A stretch of 64,000 bases of DNA. It comes from Acetobacteraceae bacterium (GTDB taxonomy: Bacteria > Pseudomonadota > Alphaproteobacteria > Acetobacterales > Acetobacteraceae). The DNA lies in NCBI GenBank assembly GCA_963692975.2, contig CAXMMR010000027.1:40887-104886 (forward strand), written 5' to 3'. The notes below the pieces were generated by a model. That model was not told where the DNA came from. It worked only from the letters and a program-made list of their open reading frames with translations, and did no database searches. This document shows, piece after piece, positions 50,931-58,864 of the stretch. Position numbers and translations under genes: made by a program. The first letter of the stretch is position 1; every line of letters begins with the position of its first letter.

Positions 50931-51410
50931 TCAGCGCGTGCCGACATTGCCCTTGAAGTCGAGCCAGGCGGTGACGGGCGAGCCGTCCTTCATCGCACTG
51001 GCGTTCCACACGCCATGGGTATCCTTCTTCAGCCCGGACACGTTGCTGAACCCGTGCCGCATCAGGCGCCGGCGGGCCTCCTTCATGGTGAAGCTGTTGG
51101 CGCCGCTGGCCGGCTTGGTCGCCGCCGTGCTGTCGGTGTGCACAGCCGGATTACCGGTGGCGGTCGAGCTCTGGCCCATCGGCGTGCTCGGCGTGACGAC
51201 CGGCGCGCCGGCCGGCATGCCGGCGGTGGAGCTCGGCGGCACCACGGCGCTGCCCGGAGCGGTCGCGGCGCCGGTGGCGACACCGGGCGCCGCCGGTGTT
51301 GCGCCTGTCGCCGTGCCGTCGCCGCCAGCCGACTGCGCGATCGCGAGCGGCGCGAAGGCGAGGGTGGCGAGCAGCGCCGTGGCTGCGAGACGTGTGGGCG
51401 TAGTCCTCAT
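50931..51410 (-). CDS. Secreted low-complexity protein with a C-terminal PepSY-like domain
   Basis: ATG at 51410. It has the signal peptide MRTTPTRLAATALLATLAFAPLAIAQ, an Ala/Thr/Pro-rich linker, and then ...MKEARRRLMRHGFSNVSGLKKDTHGVWNASAMKDGSPVTAWLDFKGNV. Confidence 0.55.
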   Translation of the reverse strand: MRTTPTRLAATALLATLAFAPLAIAQSAGGDGTATGATPAAPGVATGAATAPGSAVVPPSSTAGMPAGAPVVTPSTPMGQSSTATGNPAVHTDSTAATKPASGANSFTMKEARRRLMRHGFSNVSGLKKDTHGVWNASAMKDGSPVTAWLDFKGNVGTR

Positions 51411-51441
51411 AGGAGCGATCCTTGGTTGCCGGCCGCGTGGC

Positions 51442-53127
51442 TCATGCGGCTCTAGACGCTGCGAACGCCCCAACGCCATCGGGGTTCGGGGCGCCAAGCC
51501 AGGCAGGCGTCTTTCGCGAGGTAACGATCGCGAATGGGATCGACAGGATCAGCCCTGCCAGCGCCGGCAGCGCCAGCAGCAGCGCCGTCCAGCTGCCGGC
51601 CGCGAACAGCCCGGCGATCACCAGCCCGGCCAGGCTGTGCGGCCAGAACTGGCGCGCCGCCGCGCCCGCCTCAAGCCGCCCGCCGCCGCGCTCCGAGCGG
51701 CCCCAGCCCGCTCCGCGGCGACGGATGCCGGCCAACAGCCACAGCACCGCCGCGGCCTTGCCGAGCGCGAGCAGCGTGTCGAGCAGCGCCGTGAAGGCGA
51801 GCTCCGCCGCCGCTGCCCGCAGCACCGCCCGCCGGCCGCCCAGCGCACCGCCCACCGCAGGCCGCAGCAGCGCCTCCAGCGTGCCCAGCAGCTTGGGCGC
51901 GTGCAGTTGCGCCGCCCCGCAGCACAGCAGCGCCAGCAGCGGCCCGAGCCGCACCGCCGCCGCACCACCGCTCGCGCACAGCAGCGCCGAAAGCGGCAGC
52001 ATCGCGAACCAGAACGGCGTCAGCGCATAATGCAGGATCGCCTGCAGCATCTGCAGCCGGCCGACCCGCCCCAGGCTGCGGTCGCGCAGCAGGAAGCGGT
52101 ATTGCAGGTTACCCGCCGCCCAGCGCACGTCGCGCCGGATGAACTCGGGCAGGCTCGGCGGCTGCTCCTCGTGCGAGCCCGTGTCGTCCGGCAGCACCCG
52201 CACCGCCCAGCCCGCCGCCTGCAGCCGCGCCGCCTCGATATGGTCGTGCGAGAGGATGCTCTGGCCGTCCGGCAGCAAGCCAAGCCGGCAGCAGGCGCGA
52301 AACGGCGCGATCCGCACGATCGCGTTGTGCCCCCAATACGGCCCCTGATCGGCCTGCCACCACGCCTGCCCGGTCGCCCAGACGCGCAATCCCTGGCGAT
52401 GGCCGACCTGCAGCAGCCGGGCGAACAGGTCGCCGGCGGGATGGCCGGCAAACGTCGCCTGCACGATCGCCAGGCGCGGCTCGGCCTGCATGATCCCGAC
52501 CAGCCGCAGCACCGCCGCAGGGCTCATGTCGGAATCGGCGTCCAGGCACAGCATGAGTTCGAATCGGCCCGCCCCCGCCTCCGCCTGGGCGTCCAGGAAG
52601 CTCATGACGTTGCCGGCCTTGAAGCCGATATTCTCCTCGCGTCGCCGATAATACACCCGCGCCGCGCCAAACCGCACCGCCAGCACCGCCGCCGCCCGCC
52701 GCTCCTCGGCCGCCAGCTCCGGCTCGGTCGTATCGGAGAGCAGGCAGGCGACGAACCCCTCCGCCTGCCCCGCCGCCGCCAGCCCGGCCAGCAGCCCGGC
52801 CAGCCGCGCCGCCACCGGCGCCACCGCCTCGTCGCGCAGGCAGACGGCAATCGCCGTCCGCGGCAGCGGCGCTTGACCCATCCCCATACGGCGCAGCGCC
52901 GGCAGCACCGCCGCCACCGGGTCCGCCGCGCCAAGCCGGATCGCCGCCCCCACCAGCCCGGTCGCCGCGGACAAGCCGAGCCACGGCGCGTTGAGCACGA
53001 TGCACGCCGCCAGCGCGATCTTCAGCGCACCAGGCCTCCCGGGCGCCAGCGTCAGCCACGCAAGCCCGAGCAGCACCGCCACATTGCCGCCGATCAGCCC
53101 GAGCAGCGCCGCCCGCCGCCAGCCCAC
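51442..53127 (-). CDS. opgH: Glucans biosynthesis glucosyltransferase H (OpgH/MdoH, GT2)
   Basis: It has ...NIGFKAGNVMSFL...LCLDADSDM...GPYWGHNAIVRIAPF...ILSHDHIEAARLQAAGWAVRVLP...PPSLPEFIRRDVRWAAGNLQY. The start is uncertain. I chose the GTG at 53127, just past the YcaO stop. In-frame ATGs at 53280 and 53313 would overlap the YcaO gene. Confidence 0.8.
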   Translation of the reverse strand: MGWRRAALLGLIGGNVAVLLGLAWLTLAPGRPGALKIALAACIVLNAPWLGLSAATGLVGAAIRLGAADPVAAVLPALRRMGMGQAPLPRTAIAVCLRDEAVAPVAARLAGLLAGLAAAGQAEGFVACLLSDTTEPELAAEERRAAAVLAVRFGAARVYYRRREENIGFKAGNVMSFLDAQAEAGAGRFELMLCLDADSDMSPAAVLRLVGIMQAEPRLAIVQATFAGHPAGDLFARLLQVGHRQGLRVWATGQAWWQADQGPYWGHNAIVRIAPFRACCRLGLLPDGQSILSHDHIEAARLQAAGWAVRVLPDDTGSHEEQPPSLPEFIRRDVRWAAGNLQYRFLLRDRSLGRVGRLQMLQAILHYALTPFWFAMLPLSALLCASGGAAAVRLGPLLALLCCGAAQLHAPKLLGTLEALLRPAVGGALGGRRAVLRAAAAELAFTALLDTLLALGKAAAVLWLLAGIRRRGAGWGRSERGGGRLEAGAAARQFWPHSLAGLVIAGLFAAGSWTALLLALPALAGLILSIPFAIVTSRKTPAWLGAPNPDGVGAFAASRAA

Positions 53128-53176
53128 CCGCTCGGCCGGCCAGGCGCGCGACGTCTCCAGCCCTGCGGCGACCGCA

Positions 53177-54646
53177 TCAGGCAGCGCGGCGGCGCCTGAG
53201 CAGCAGCTGCGCCGAAAACGGCCCGCACTCCCGATACATCGGATACAGCAGCGACACCTGCCGCTCGGCGAGCGCCGCATCGAACCAGGCCGGCCCACCC
53301 GCCCTCGCCTCATCCTCCGGCCGCAGCATCACCCGCAGCAGCCCCGGCCCCGGCGCGTCGCGCAGCAGCGGGCTGCCCGCCTCGCGCAGCCGCCGCACCC
53401 CGCGCCGGCCGATCCGATGATAGCTCATCGTCTCGCTCTCCAGCCCCGGCACGATCACCTTCACCACCTTGACCGCACCCCCGGCCGGCGAGCAGTCGAC
53501 CCAGAGCAGCGGCAGCCCCTCGGCCGCCAGCCGCCCGGCCAGCAGCGCCAGCCGCTCCGACGAGCCGGCGATCGCCTCCGGCGCCACGGTCGGCAGCTCC
53601 GACAGCCGCACCCGCCGCGTCTCGCCGAACACCCCTGCCAGGCGCCGCCGCAAAGTCGAAGCATCCTGTGAGATCCACTCGGCCATCGCCTCGAGCGCCC
53701 GGCCCTCCTCCTCCTCGCCGAGGGCCGCGGCGAGCTGCGGCTCGGCATACTCGGCCGGCACCGCCGCCCGGATCATCTCGATCGGCCCATGCGTCGACGT
53801 CTTGCGGGCGCGCGAGCCGACGAACTCGAGCAGCGCCTTGCGCAGCGCCCGCTCGCGATCCGGATGCGACGCCTCGCCGCACGCCGTCACCTGGATCGGC
53901 AGCGCTCCCGCCGCGTCGTCGCCGACGACATACAGGTCGGCAATACCAAGCTCGATCCCCGAGAGCTTGACCGTGACCCCGATGCCAAGCCCGCGCAGCC
54001 GCGCCAGCAGCGCCTCCACCGCCGGCTCCAGCGACGTGTCCAGCTCCACCACCACGCCCTGATCCAGCGCCCGGAAGCTGGTGACGTTGCCGTCCCGCTG
54101 GGTCAACTCCATCACCCCGTGCGCGATCGCATAGGCCGGGTCCAGCCCGGCGCCGAGCCCGTTGGTGATCGGCGTGATCAACCGCGGCACCCGCCCGCCA
54201 AGCTGATACGGATACGCCGCCACCCACTCCCGCGGCACCAGCACCGCCTCCGGCTCCGGCCAGCGCTGCGCCGGCACCCAGTCCAGCTCCGTGTCGTCGT
54301 CGTAGTTGCAGCCCGCCGGTAGGCACAGCGTCAACGGGTCAACCACCCCCTCCGGCCCGAGCTCGCGCCGCAGCGCGGCGTAGGACGCCGTCCGATACGG
54401 CGTGCGGGCGACCCAGTCGCCGACATGCACCTCCTCGCACAGCTCGCCCAGCGCCCCGAGCTCCGCCTCAATCGTCTCGAAGCCATAGCCGTAGCCGATC
54501 GTCGCATGCTGCCCCGGCATCAGCAGCGTCGCCTGCACAACCGGGATGCCGACCCTGTCGAGCCCATCGATCCGAAACACGAGCACCCGCCCCTGCGGCG
54601 GCAGGGCGGCCCGAAACGCGTCGGCGACGGCATGCAAATCGGGCAT
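53177..54646 (-). CDS. ycaO: YcaO-like family protein (stand-alone)
   Basis: It has ...DRVGIPVVQATLL...GYGYGFETIEAELGALGELCEEVH..., ITPITNGLGAGLDPAYAIAHGVMELTQRDG..., ...ACGEASHPDRERALRKALLEF... and ...VVKVIVPGLE, which match the YcaO ATP-binding and proline-rich-end pattern from memory. Confidence 0.75.
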   Translation of the reverse strand: MPDLHAVADAFRAALPPQGRVLVFRIDGLDRVGIPVVQATLLMPGQHATIGYGYGFETIEAELGALGELCEEVHVGDWVARTPYRTASYAALRRELGPEGVVDPLTLCLPAGCNYDDDTELDWVPAQRWPEPEAVLVPREWVAAYPYQLGGRVPRLITPITNGLGAGLDPAYAIAHGVMELTQRDGNVTSFRALDQGVVVELDTSLEPAVEALLARLRGLGIGVTVKLSGIELGIADLYVVGDDAAGALPIQVTACGEASHPDRERALRKALLEFVGSRARKTSTHGPIEMIRAAVPAEYAEPQLAAALGEEEEGRALEAMAEWISQDASTLRRRLAGVFGETRRVRLSELPTVAPEAIAGSSERLALLAGRLAAEGLPLLWVDCSPAGGAVKVVKVIVPGLESETMSYHRIGRRGVRRLREAGSPLLRDAPGPGLLRVMLRPEDEARAGGPAWFDAALAERQVSLLYPMYRECGPFSAQLLLRRRRAA

Positions 54647-54655
54647 TAGGGCTCC

Positions 54656-54756
54656 AAGCGCTTCTTTTTTGAAAAAAGAAGCAAAAAACTTCTATCAGCG
54701 CTGTCGCGTCCTCAAACGAGCAGATGTGTTTTGGTTCTTTTTTTCAAAAAAGAACC
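54656..54756. repeat. Family-B AT-rich palindromic MITE-like element
   Basis: AAGCGCTTCTTTTTTGAAAAAAGAAGCAAAAAACTTC...GTGTTTTGGTTCTTTTTTTCAAAAAAGAACC. It lies between the fhs stop and the YcaO start. Confidence 0.9.
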
Positions 54757-54763
54757 TCTCCCT

Positions 54764-56446
54764 TTAATACAGCCCCTGAATTTGCCCCATCGCATCCACG
54801 TCGATCCGCTCCGCCGCCGGCGAGAGCGGCAACCCCGGCATCGTGCTCACCGCCCCGCACACCGCCACCACGAAACCGGCACCTGCCGAGAGCCGCACCT
54901 CGCGCACCGGCAGCACGTGCCCCTCCGGCGCGCCGAGCCGCGTCGGGTCGGCGCTGAAGCTGTACGGCGTCTTGGCAATGCAGACCGGCAGCCCGCCGCG
55001 CCCCTCCGCCTCAAAGGCAACCAACCGCCGCTCCACCGCCGCCGGCAATGATACGTCCGCCGCACCGTAGATCCGTCGAGCCACCTCGCGCAGCTTGCCG
55101 GCGAACGGCATGTCGTCCGGATACAGAAACGCCGGCGCCGGCGCCGGCCCCTCCAGCATCCCCGCCACCGCCTCGGCCAGCGCCGCCGCACCAGGCGCCC
55201 CCTCCGCCCAGTGCCGGCAGCCGATCACCGGCACGGACGCGGCCTCCCGCACCGCCGCCGCCTCCTCGGCGGTGTCGCCGTCAAACGCGTTGAGCGCCAC
55301 CACCACCGGCAGCCCGAAACCCTGCATGTTGCGCACGTGCCGCGCCAGGTTGGCCCCGCCCCGCCGCACCGCCGCCACGTCCGGCGTGCCCAATGCCGCG
55401 CGCTTCACACCGCCATGCATCTTCAGCGCCCTGACCGTCGCCACCACCACCGCCGCCGACGGCCACAGCCCGGCGGCCCGGCACTTGATGTCGAGGAACT
55501 TCTCCGCCCCCAAATCGGCGCCGAACCCCGCCTCGGTCACCACGATGTCGGCCAGCCCGAGCCCGAGCCGCGTCGCCACCACCGAGTTGCAGCCATGCGC
55601 GATGTTGGCGAACGGCCCGCCATGCACCAGCGCCGGCGTGCCCGCCAGCGTCTGCACCAGGTTCGGCGCCAGCGCGTCCGCCAGCAGCGCCGTCATCGCC
55701 CCGGCCGCGCCCAGATCCTCCGCCGTCACCGCGCTGTCGTCCGCCCGCCGCGCCACCACCATCCGCCCCAGCCGAACCCGCAAATCCGCCAGGTCGCGCG
55801 CCAGGCAGAACACCGCCATCACCTCGGAGGCGACGGTGATGTCGAACCCGTCCTGCCGCACCGGCCCGTTGCCACCAAGACCGGGGCCACCAAGACCGGG
55901 GCCGCCCAACCCCAGCGCCACGTCGCGCAACGCCCGGTCGTTCATGTCCAGGCACCGCCGCCAACTCACCCGCCGCGGGTCGATCCCCAGCGCATTGCCG
56001 CGATTCAGGTGGTTGTCCAGCATCGCCGCGAGCAGGTTGTTGGCGCTGGTGATGGCGTGAAAATCGCCGGTGAAGTGCAGGTTGATCTGCTCCATCGGCG
56101 CCACCTGCGCCCGCCCGCCGCCGGTCGCCCCACCCTTGACGCCAAAGCACGGCCCCAATGACGGCTCGCGCAAACACACCACCACCCGCCGGCCCGCGGC
56201 ACTCAGCGCGTCGCCCAACCCGATCGTCGTCGTGGTCTTCCCCTCGCCCGCCCGCGTCGGACTGATGCCCGTCACCAGCACCAGCCGTCCCGCCGGCCGC
56301 GCCGACGCCACCGCCACGAAGCCCAGCCCGATCTTCGCCTTCAACCGCCCATACGGCTCCAGCGCACTCTCCGGCACGCCTGCCCTCGCCGCGATCTCGC
56401 CGATCGGGCGCAAGGCCGTGGCGCGGGCGATCTCTAGGTCAGTCAA
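54764..56446 (-). CDS. fhs: Formate--tetrahydrofolate ligase
   Basis: [18 protein letters not shown]...[21 protein letters not shown]...[18 protein letters not shown]...[12 protein letters not shown]...[15 protein letters not shown] is FTHFS-like. It has an apparent TTG start. Confidence 0.95.
   Translation of the reverse strand: MTDLEIARATALRPIGEIAARAGVPESALEPYGRLKAKIGLGFVAVASARPAGRLVLVTGISPTRAGEGKTTTTIGLGDALSAAGRRVVVCLREPSLGPCFGVKGGATGGGRAQVAPMEQINLHFTGDFHAITSANNLLAAMLDNHLNRGNALGIDPRRVSWRRCLDMNDRALRDVALGLGGPGLGGPGLGGNGPVRQDGFDITVASEVMAVFCLARDLADLRVRLGRMVVARRADDSAVTAEDLGAAGAMTALLADALAPNLVQTLAGTPALVHGGPFANIAHGCNSVVATRLGLGLADIVVTEAGFGADLGAEKFLDIKCRAAGLWPSAAVVVATVRALKMHGGVKRAALGTPDVAAVRRGGANLARHVRNMQGFGLPVVVALNAFDGDTAEEAAAVREAASVPVIGCRHWAEGAPGAAALAEAVAGMLEGPAPAPAFLYPDDMPFAGKLREVARRIYGAADVSLPAAVERRLVAFEAEGRGGLPVCIAKTPYSFSADPTRLGAPEGHVLPVREVRLSAGAGFVVAVCGAVSTMPGLPLSPAAERIDVDAMGQIQGLY
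55871..55915 (-). repeat. In-frame 15-bp tandem duplication inside fhs (encodes [17 protein letters not shown])
   Basis: GCCACCAAGACCGGG x2 is followed by a diverged third unit GCCGCCCAACCCCAG (+ strand as written). Confidence 0.85.
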
Positions 56447-56453
56447 GTGAGAG

Positions 56454-56659
56454 AAAGGCCAGAGGCTCTGCCTCTGGACTCCGCTGGGGCCGTAAGGCCC
56501 CAGACCCCTACCGTTGGAGTCACATCACGCTCTTTCTGACTTGGCGAAGCCATCCAAATCTGTCTCCCACACCACCGCCCAGGCCGTTTGAAGGACAATA
56601 AACGGATTTCAAAGGCTCCGCCTTTGATGGGGTCAAGGGGCAAAGCCCCTTGCCTTGCC
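56454..56659. repeat. Family-A composite REP/MITE-like element (inverted orientation)
   Basis: AAAGGCCAGAGGCTCTGCCTCTGGACTCCGCTGGGGCCGTAAGGCCCCAGACCCC...TTGGCGAAGCC...GGATTTCAAAGGCTCCGCCTTTGATGGGGTCAAGGGGCAAAGCCCCTTGCCTTGCC. Confidence 0.9.
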
Positions 56660-57343
56660 TTACGCCGTCGCCGGGAACAGCGCCCGCCGCGCCTCGTCGT
56701 CGAGGGTCGACTTGAACTTGTGCCGCTCGCGCAGCGCCTCGGCGCGCCCGCTTGCCGGCCGCGCCGCAATCGCGTCCATCAGCCGCTTGAGGTTCGGGAA
56801 CGCGTCCCAGGCCGACGCGTCGGTGCGCGAGGCGCCCAGGATGAACGGCACCATGCGCGCCCAGCCCCACACCGCCATGTCGACGATCGAGTAGCTGTCC
56901 CCGACCATCCAGTCGCGTTCGGCGAGGTGCGCATCGAGCAGCCCGTAATGCCGGCGCGCCTCAAACAGGTAGCGCGTCAGGAAGTAGTCCTTCGGCTCGG
57001 GCGCGTAGTGCCGGGTGTGCACCGCCTGGCCGGAGAACGGGCCGACGCCGGTGGCGACGAGCATCAGCCAGGAGAGCAGCGCCCCGCGCTCGGCCGGCGG
57101 CGGCAGGAACTGACCAATTTTCTCGGCCAGGTAGAGCAGGATGGCGTTGCTGTCGAATACCACGACGCCGTCATCGACGATCAACGGCACCTTGGCGTTG
57201 GGGTTCAGCGCGGTGAACGCCGCCGCGTGCTGCTCGCCCTTCATGGTGTCGACCGCCACCGCCTCGTAGTCGAGCCCGGCTTCTTCGAGAAACAGCGCCA
57301 CCTTCATCGGGTTGGGCGCCAGGTTATAGTAGAACGTCAGCAT
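56660..57343 (-). CDS. Glutathione S-transferase
   Basis: ATG at 57343 after GAGGAG. MLTFYYNLAPNPMKVALFLEEAGLDYEAVAVD...NPNAKVPLIVDDGVVVFDSNAILLYLAEK is GST-like. Confidence 0.85.
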   Translation of the reverse strand: MLTFYYNLAPNPMKVALFLEEAGLDYEAVAVDTMKGEQHAAAFTALNPNAKVPLIVDDGVVVFDSNAILLYLAEKIGQFLPPPAERGALLSWLMLVATGVGPFSGQAVHTRHYAPEPKDYFLTRYLFEARRHYGLLDAHLAERDWMVGDSYSIVDMAVWGWARMVPFILGASRTDASAWDAFPNLKRLMDAIAARPASGRAEALRERHKFKSTLDDEARRALFPATA

Positions 57344-57442
57344 CGCGTTCTCCTCGTTGTCCGCCGACCGTTGTATGCCGGCCGTTATATGCCGGCCGTT
57401 GTATGCCGAGCCATGCTCAGCCGCCATCCTGGAAGGACGCCG

Positions 57443-58330
57443 ATGGACGAGCCGCCGGCCGCCAACGCAGCGCAGATCGCCTACTGGAACGACAAGGCGG
57501 CGGCCACCTGGACCGCGTTCCAGCCGCGCATCGACAGCGTGTTCGCGCCGTTGACCGAGCTGGCGCTTCAGGCCGCCGCGGCGCAGCCCGGCGAGCACGT
57601 GCTCGATGTCGGCTGCGGCTGCGGCGAGACAGTGCTGGCGCTGGCGTGCGCGGTCGGCGCCGCCGGCCGCGTCACCGGCCTCGACGTCTCGGCGCCGATG
57701 GCCGGGCGCGCCCGCGAACGGATCATCGCCGCCGGGCTCGACCAGGCCGCCATCCTGCTCGGCGACGCCCAGTTGGCGCCGCTGCCCCCGGCGGGCGCCG
57801 ATTTGCTGTTCTCCCGCTTCGGCGTGATGTTCTTTGAAGACCCCGCTGCGGCCTTCGCCAACCTGCGCGGCGCCATGCGGCCAGGCGGCCGGCTGCTCTG
57901 CCTCGCCTGGCGCGCACTGTCCGAAAACCCCTGGTTCGCCGTCCCGCTCGAAGCCGGCACACCGCTGCTACCGCCCGAGCCCTCACCCGACTTGGTCGCA
58001 CCCGACTTGGACGCATCCGGGCCGGCCGCACCCGGCCCGTTCGCCTTCGCCGATCCCGCCCGCGTGCACCGGATCCTCGCCGCCGCCGGCTGGCGCGAGG
58101 TCACGCTGAGCCCGCGCGAGGCGCTGCTGCCGCTCGCCCCCGCCGGCGGCCTCGCCGAGGCCCTCGAGTTCGTAACCCACGTCGGCCCCCTCGCCCGCGC
58201 ACTCGCCGGCCTCGATCCAGCCCTGCAAGCCAAAATCCGCTTAGCCGTCGAAGCAGCCCTACGCCCGCACGAGACCGCCGCCGGCATAGCCCTCACCGGC
58301 GCCGTCTGGCTCATCACGGCGTCAGCGTAG
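57443..58330 (+). CDS. Class I SAM-dependent methyltransferase
   Basis: ATG at 57443. VLDVGCGCGETVLALA is motif I, followed by ...DLLFSRFGVMFF...GGRLLCLAW. Confidence 0.8.
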   Translation: MDEPPAANAAQIAYWNDKAAATWTAFQPRIDSVFAPLTELALQAAAAQPGEHVLDVGCGCGETVLALACAVGAAGRVTGLDVSAPMAGRARERIIAAGLDQAAILLGDAQLAPLPPAGADLLFSRFGVMFFEDPAAAFANLRGAMRPGGRLLCLAWRALSENPWFAVPLEAGTPLLPPEPSPDLVAPDLDASGPAAPGPFAFADPARVHRILAAAGWREVTLSPREALLPLAPAGGLAEALEFVTHVGPLARALAGLDPALQAKIRLAVEAALRPHETAAGIALTGAVWLITASA

Positions 58331-58333
58331 AGC

Positions 58334-58543
58334 AAGCAAGGCCAGGGGCGTCGCCCCTGGACCCGATTAAAGGCGGAGCCTTTTAAAATCCGTCTGTTGT
58401 CCGGGTGTTCATGGCCGGGGTGGTGCCGTGAGAAGCGGGGTTGACTGGCTTCGCCAAAGCAAGAGAGCCAGTGCGAACGCCGAGAATGCGGGTCTGGGGG
58501 CGCCGCCCCCAGCGGGTCCAGGGCAGCGCCCTGGCCTTCCTTC
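58334..58543. repeat. Family-A composite REP/MITE-like element
   Basis: AAGCAAGGCCAGGGGCGTCGCCCCTGGACCCGATTAAAGGCGGAGCCTTTTAAAATCC...GGCTTCGCCAAAGCAAG...GGGTCTGGGGGCGCCGCCCCCAGCGGGTCCAGGGCAGCGCCCTGGCCTTCCTT. Confidence 0.9.
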
Positions 58544-58555
58544 GCCACGGGCTCT

Positions 58556-58765
58556 CTAGACGAGATCTTCTTCCAAAATCGTTATATGAACCGAGTACGA
58601 AACCTCGCCGTCCTCGTCGTCGCGGTGCAGCGTGCCCAGGAACTCGTCGCCGACCAGCACCTCGACGGAGGCGCCGCGCTTCTTGGGCGCATCGATGCGC
58701 AGCCGATCGGTCTGCAAGGTCCGCCTCAGATAGGCCTGCACGCGGGCAATCTCGGTCGGCGTCAT
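58556..58765 (-). CDS. DUF3126-family small protein
   Basis: MTPTEIARVQAYLRRTLQTDRLRIDAPKKRGASVEVLVGDEFLGTLHRDDEDGEVSYSVHITILEEDL matches my recollection of DUF3126. Confidence 0.65.
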   Translation of the reverse strand: MTPTEIARVQAYLRRTLQTDRLRIDAPKKRGASVEVLVGDEFLGTLHRDDEDGEVSYSVHITILEEDLV

Positions 58766-58864
58766 CGCAGCATCCTTGGCGCTATGAGAGACAGAAACGC
58801 CGTCAGGACGTGAACGCGTCCGGGCGGCGCGGTTGCACGCAGACGTGATGCCGCGCTGCGTGGA

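Noticed and set aside
50911-53199. 762-aa + strand ORF
   Set aside because: It is antisense to the PepSY-like gene and opgH. It has a highly Arg/Pro/Gln-rich shadow composition.
53128-53313. Extended opgH N-terminus (MRRGRVGRPGSMRRSPSGRCRCCIRCIG...) overlapping the ycaO 3' end, possibly hiding a Cys-rich precursor peptide
   Set aside because: The Cys/Arg-rich stretch is the out-of-frame translation of the ycaO coding sequence. No independent RBS or stop defines a separate peptide, and a GTG start at 53127 gives a plausible OpgH N-terminus. The start remains uncertain.
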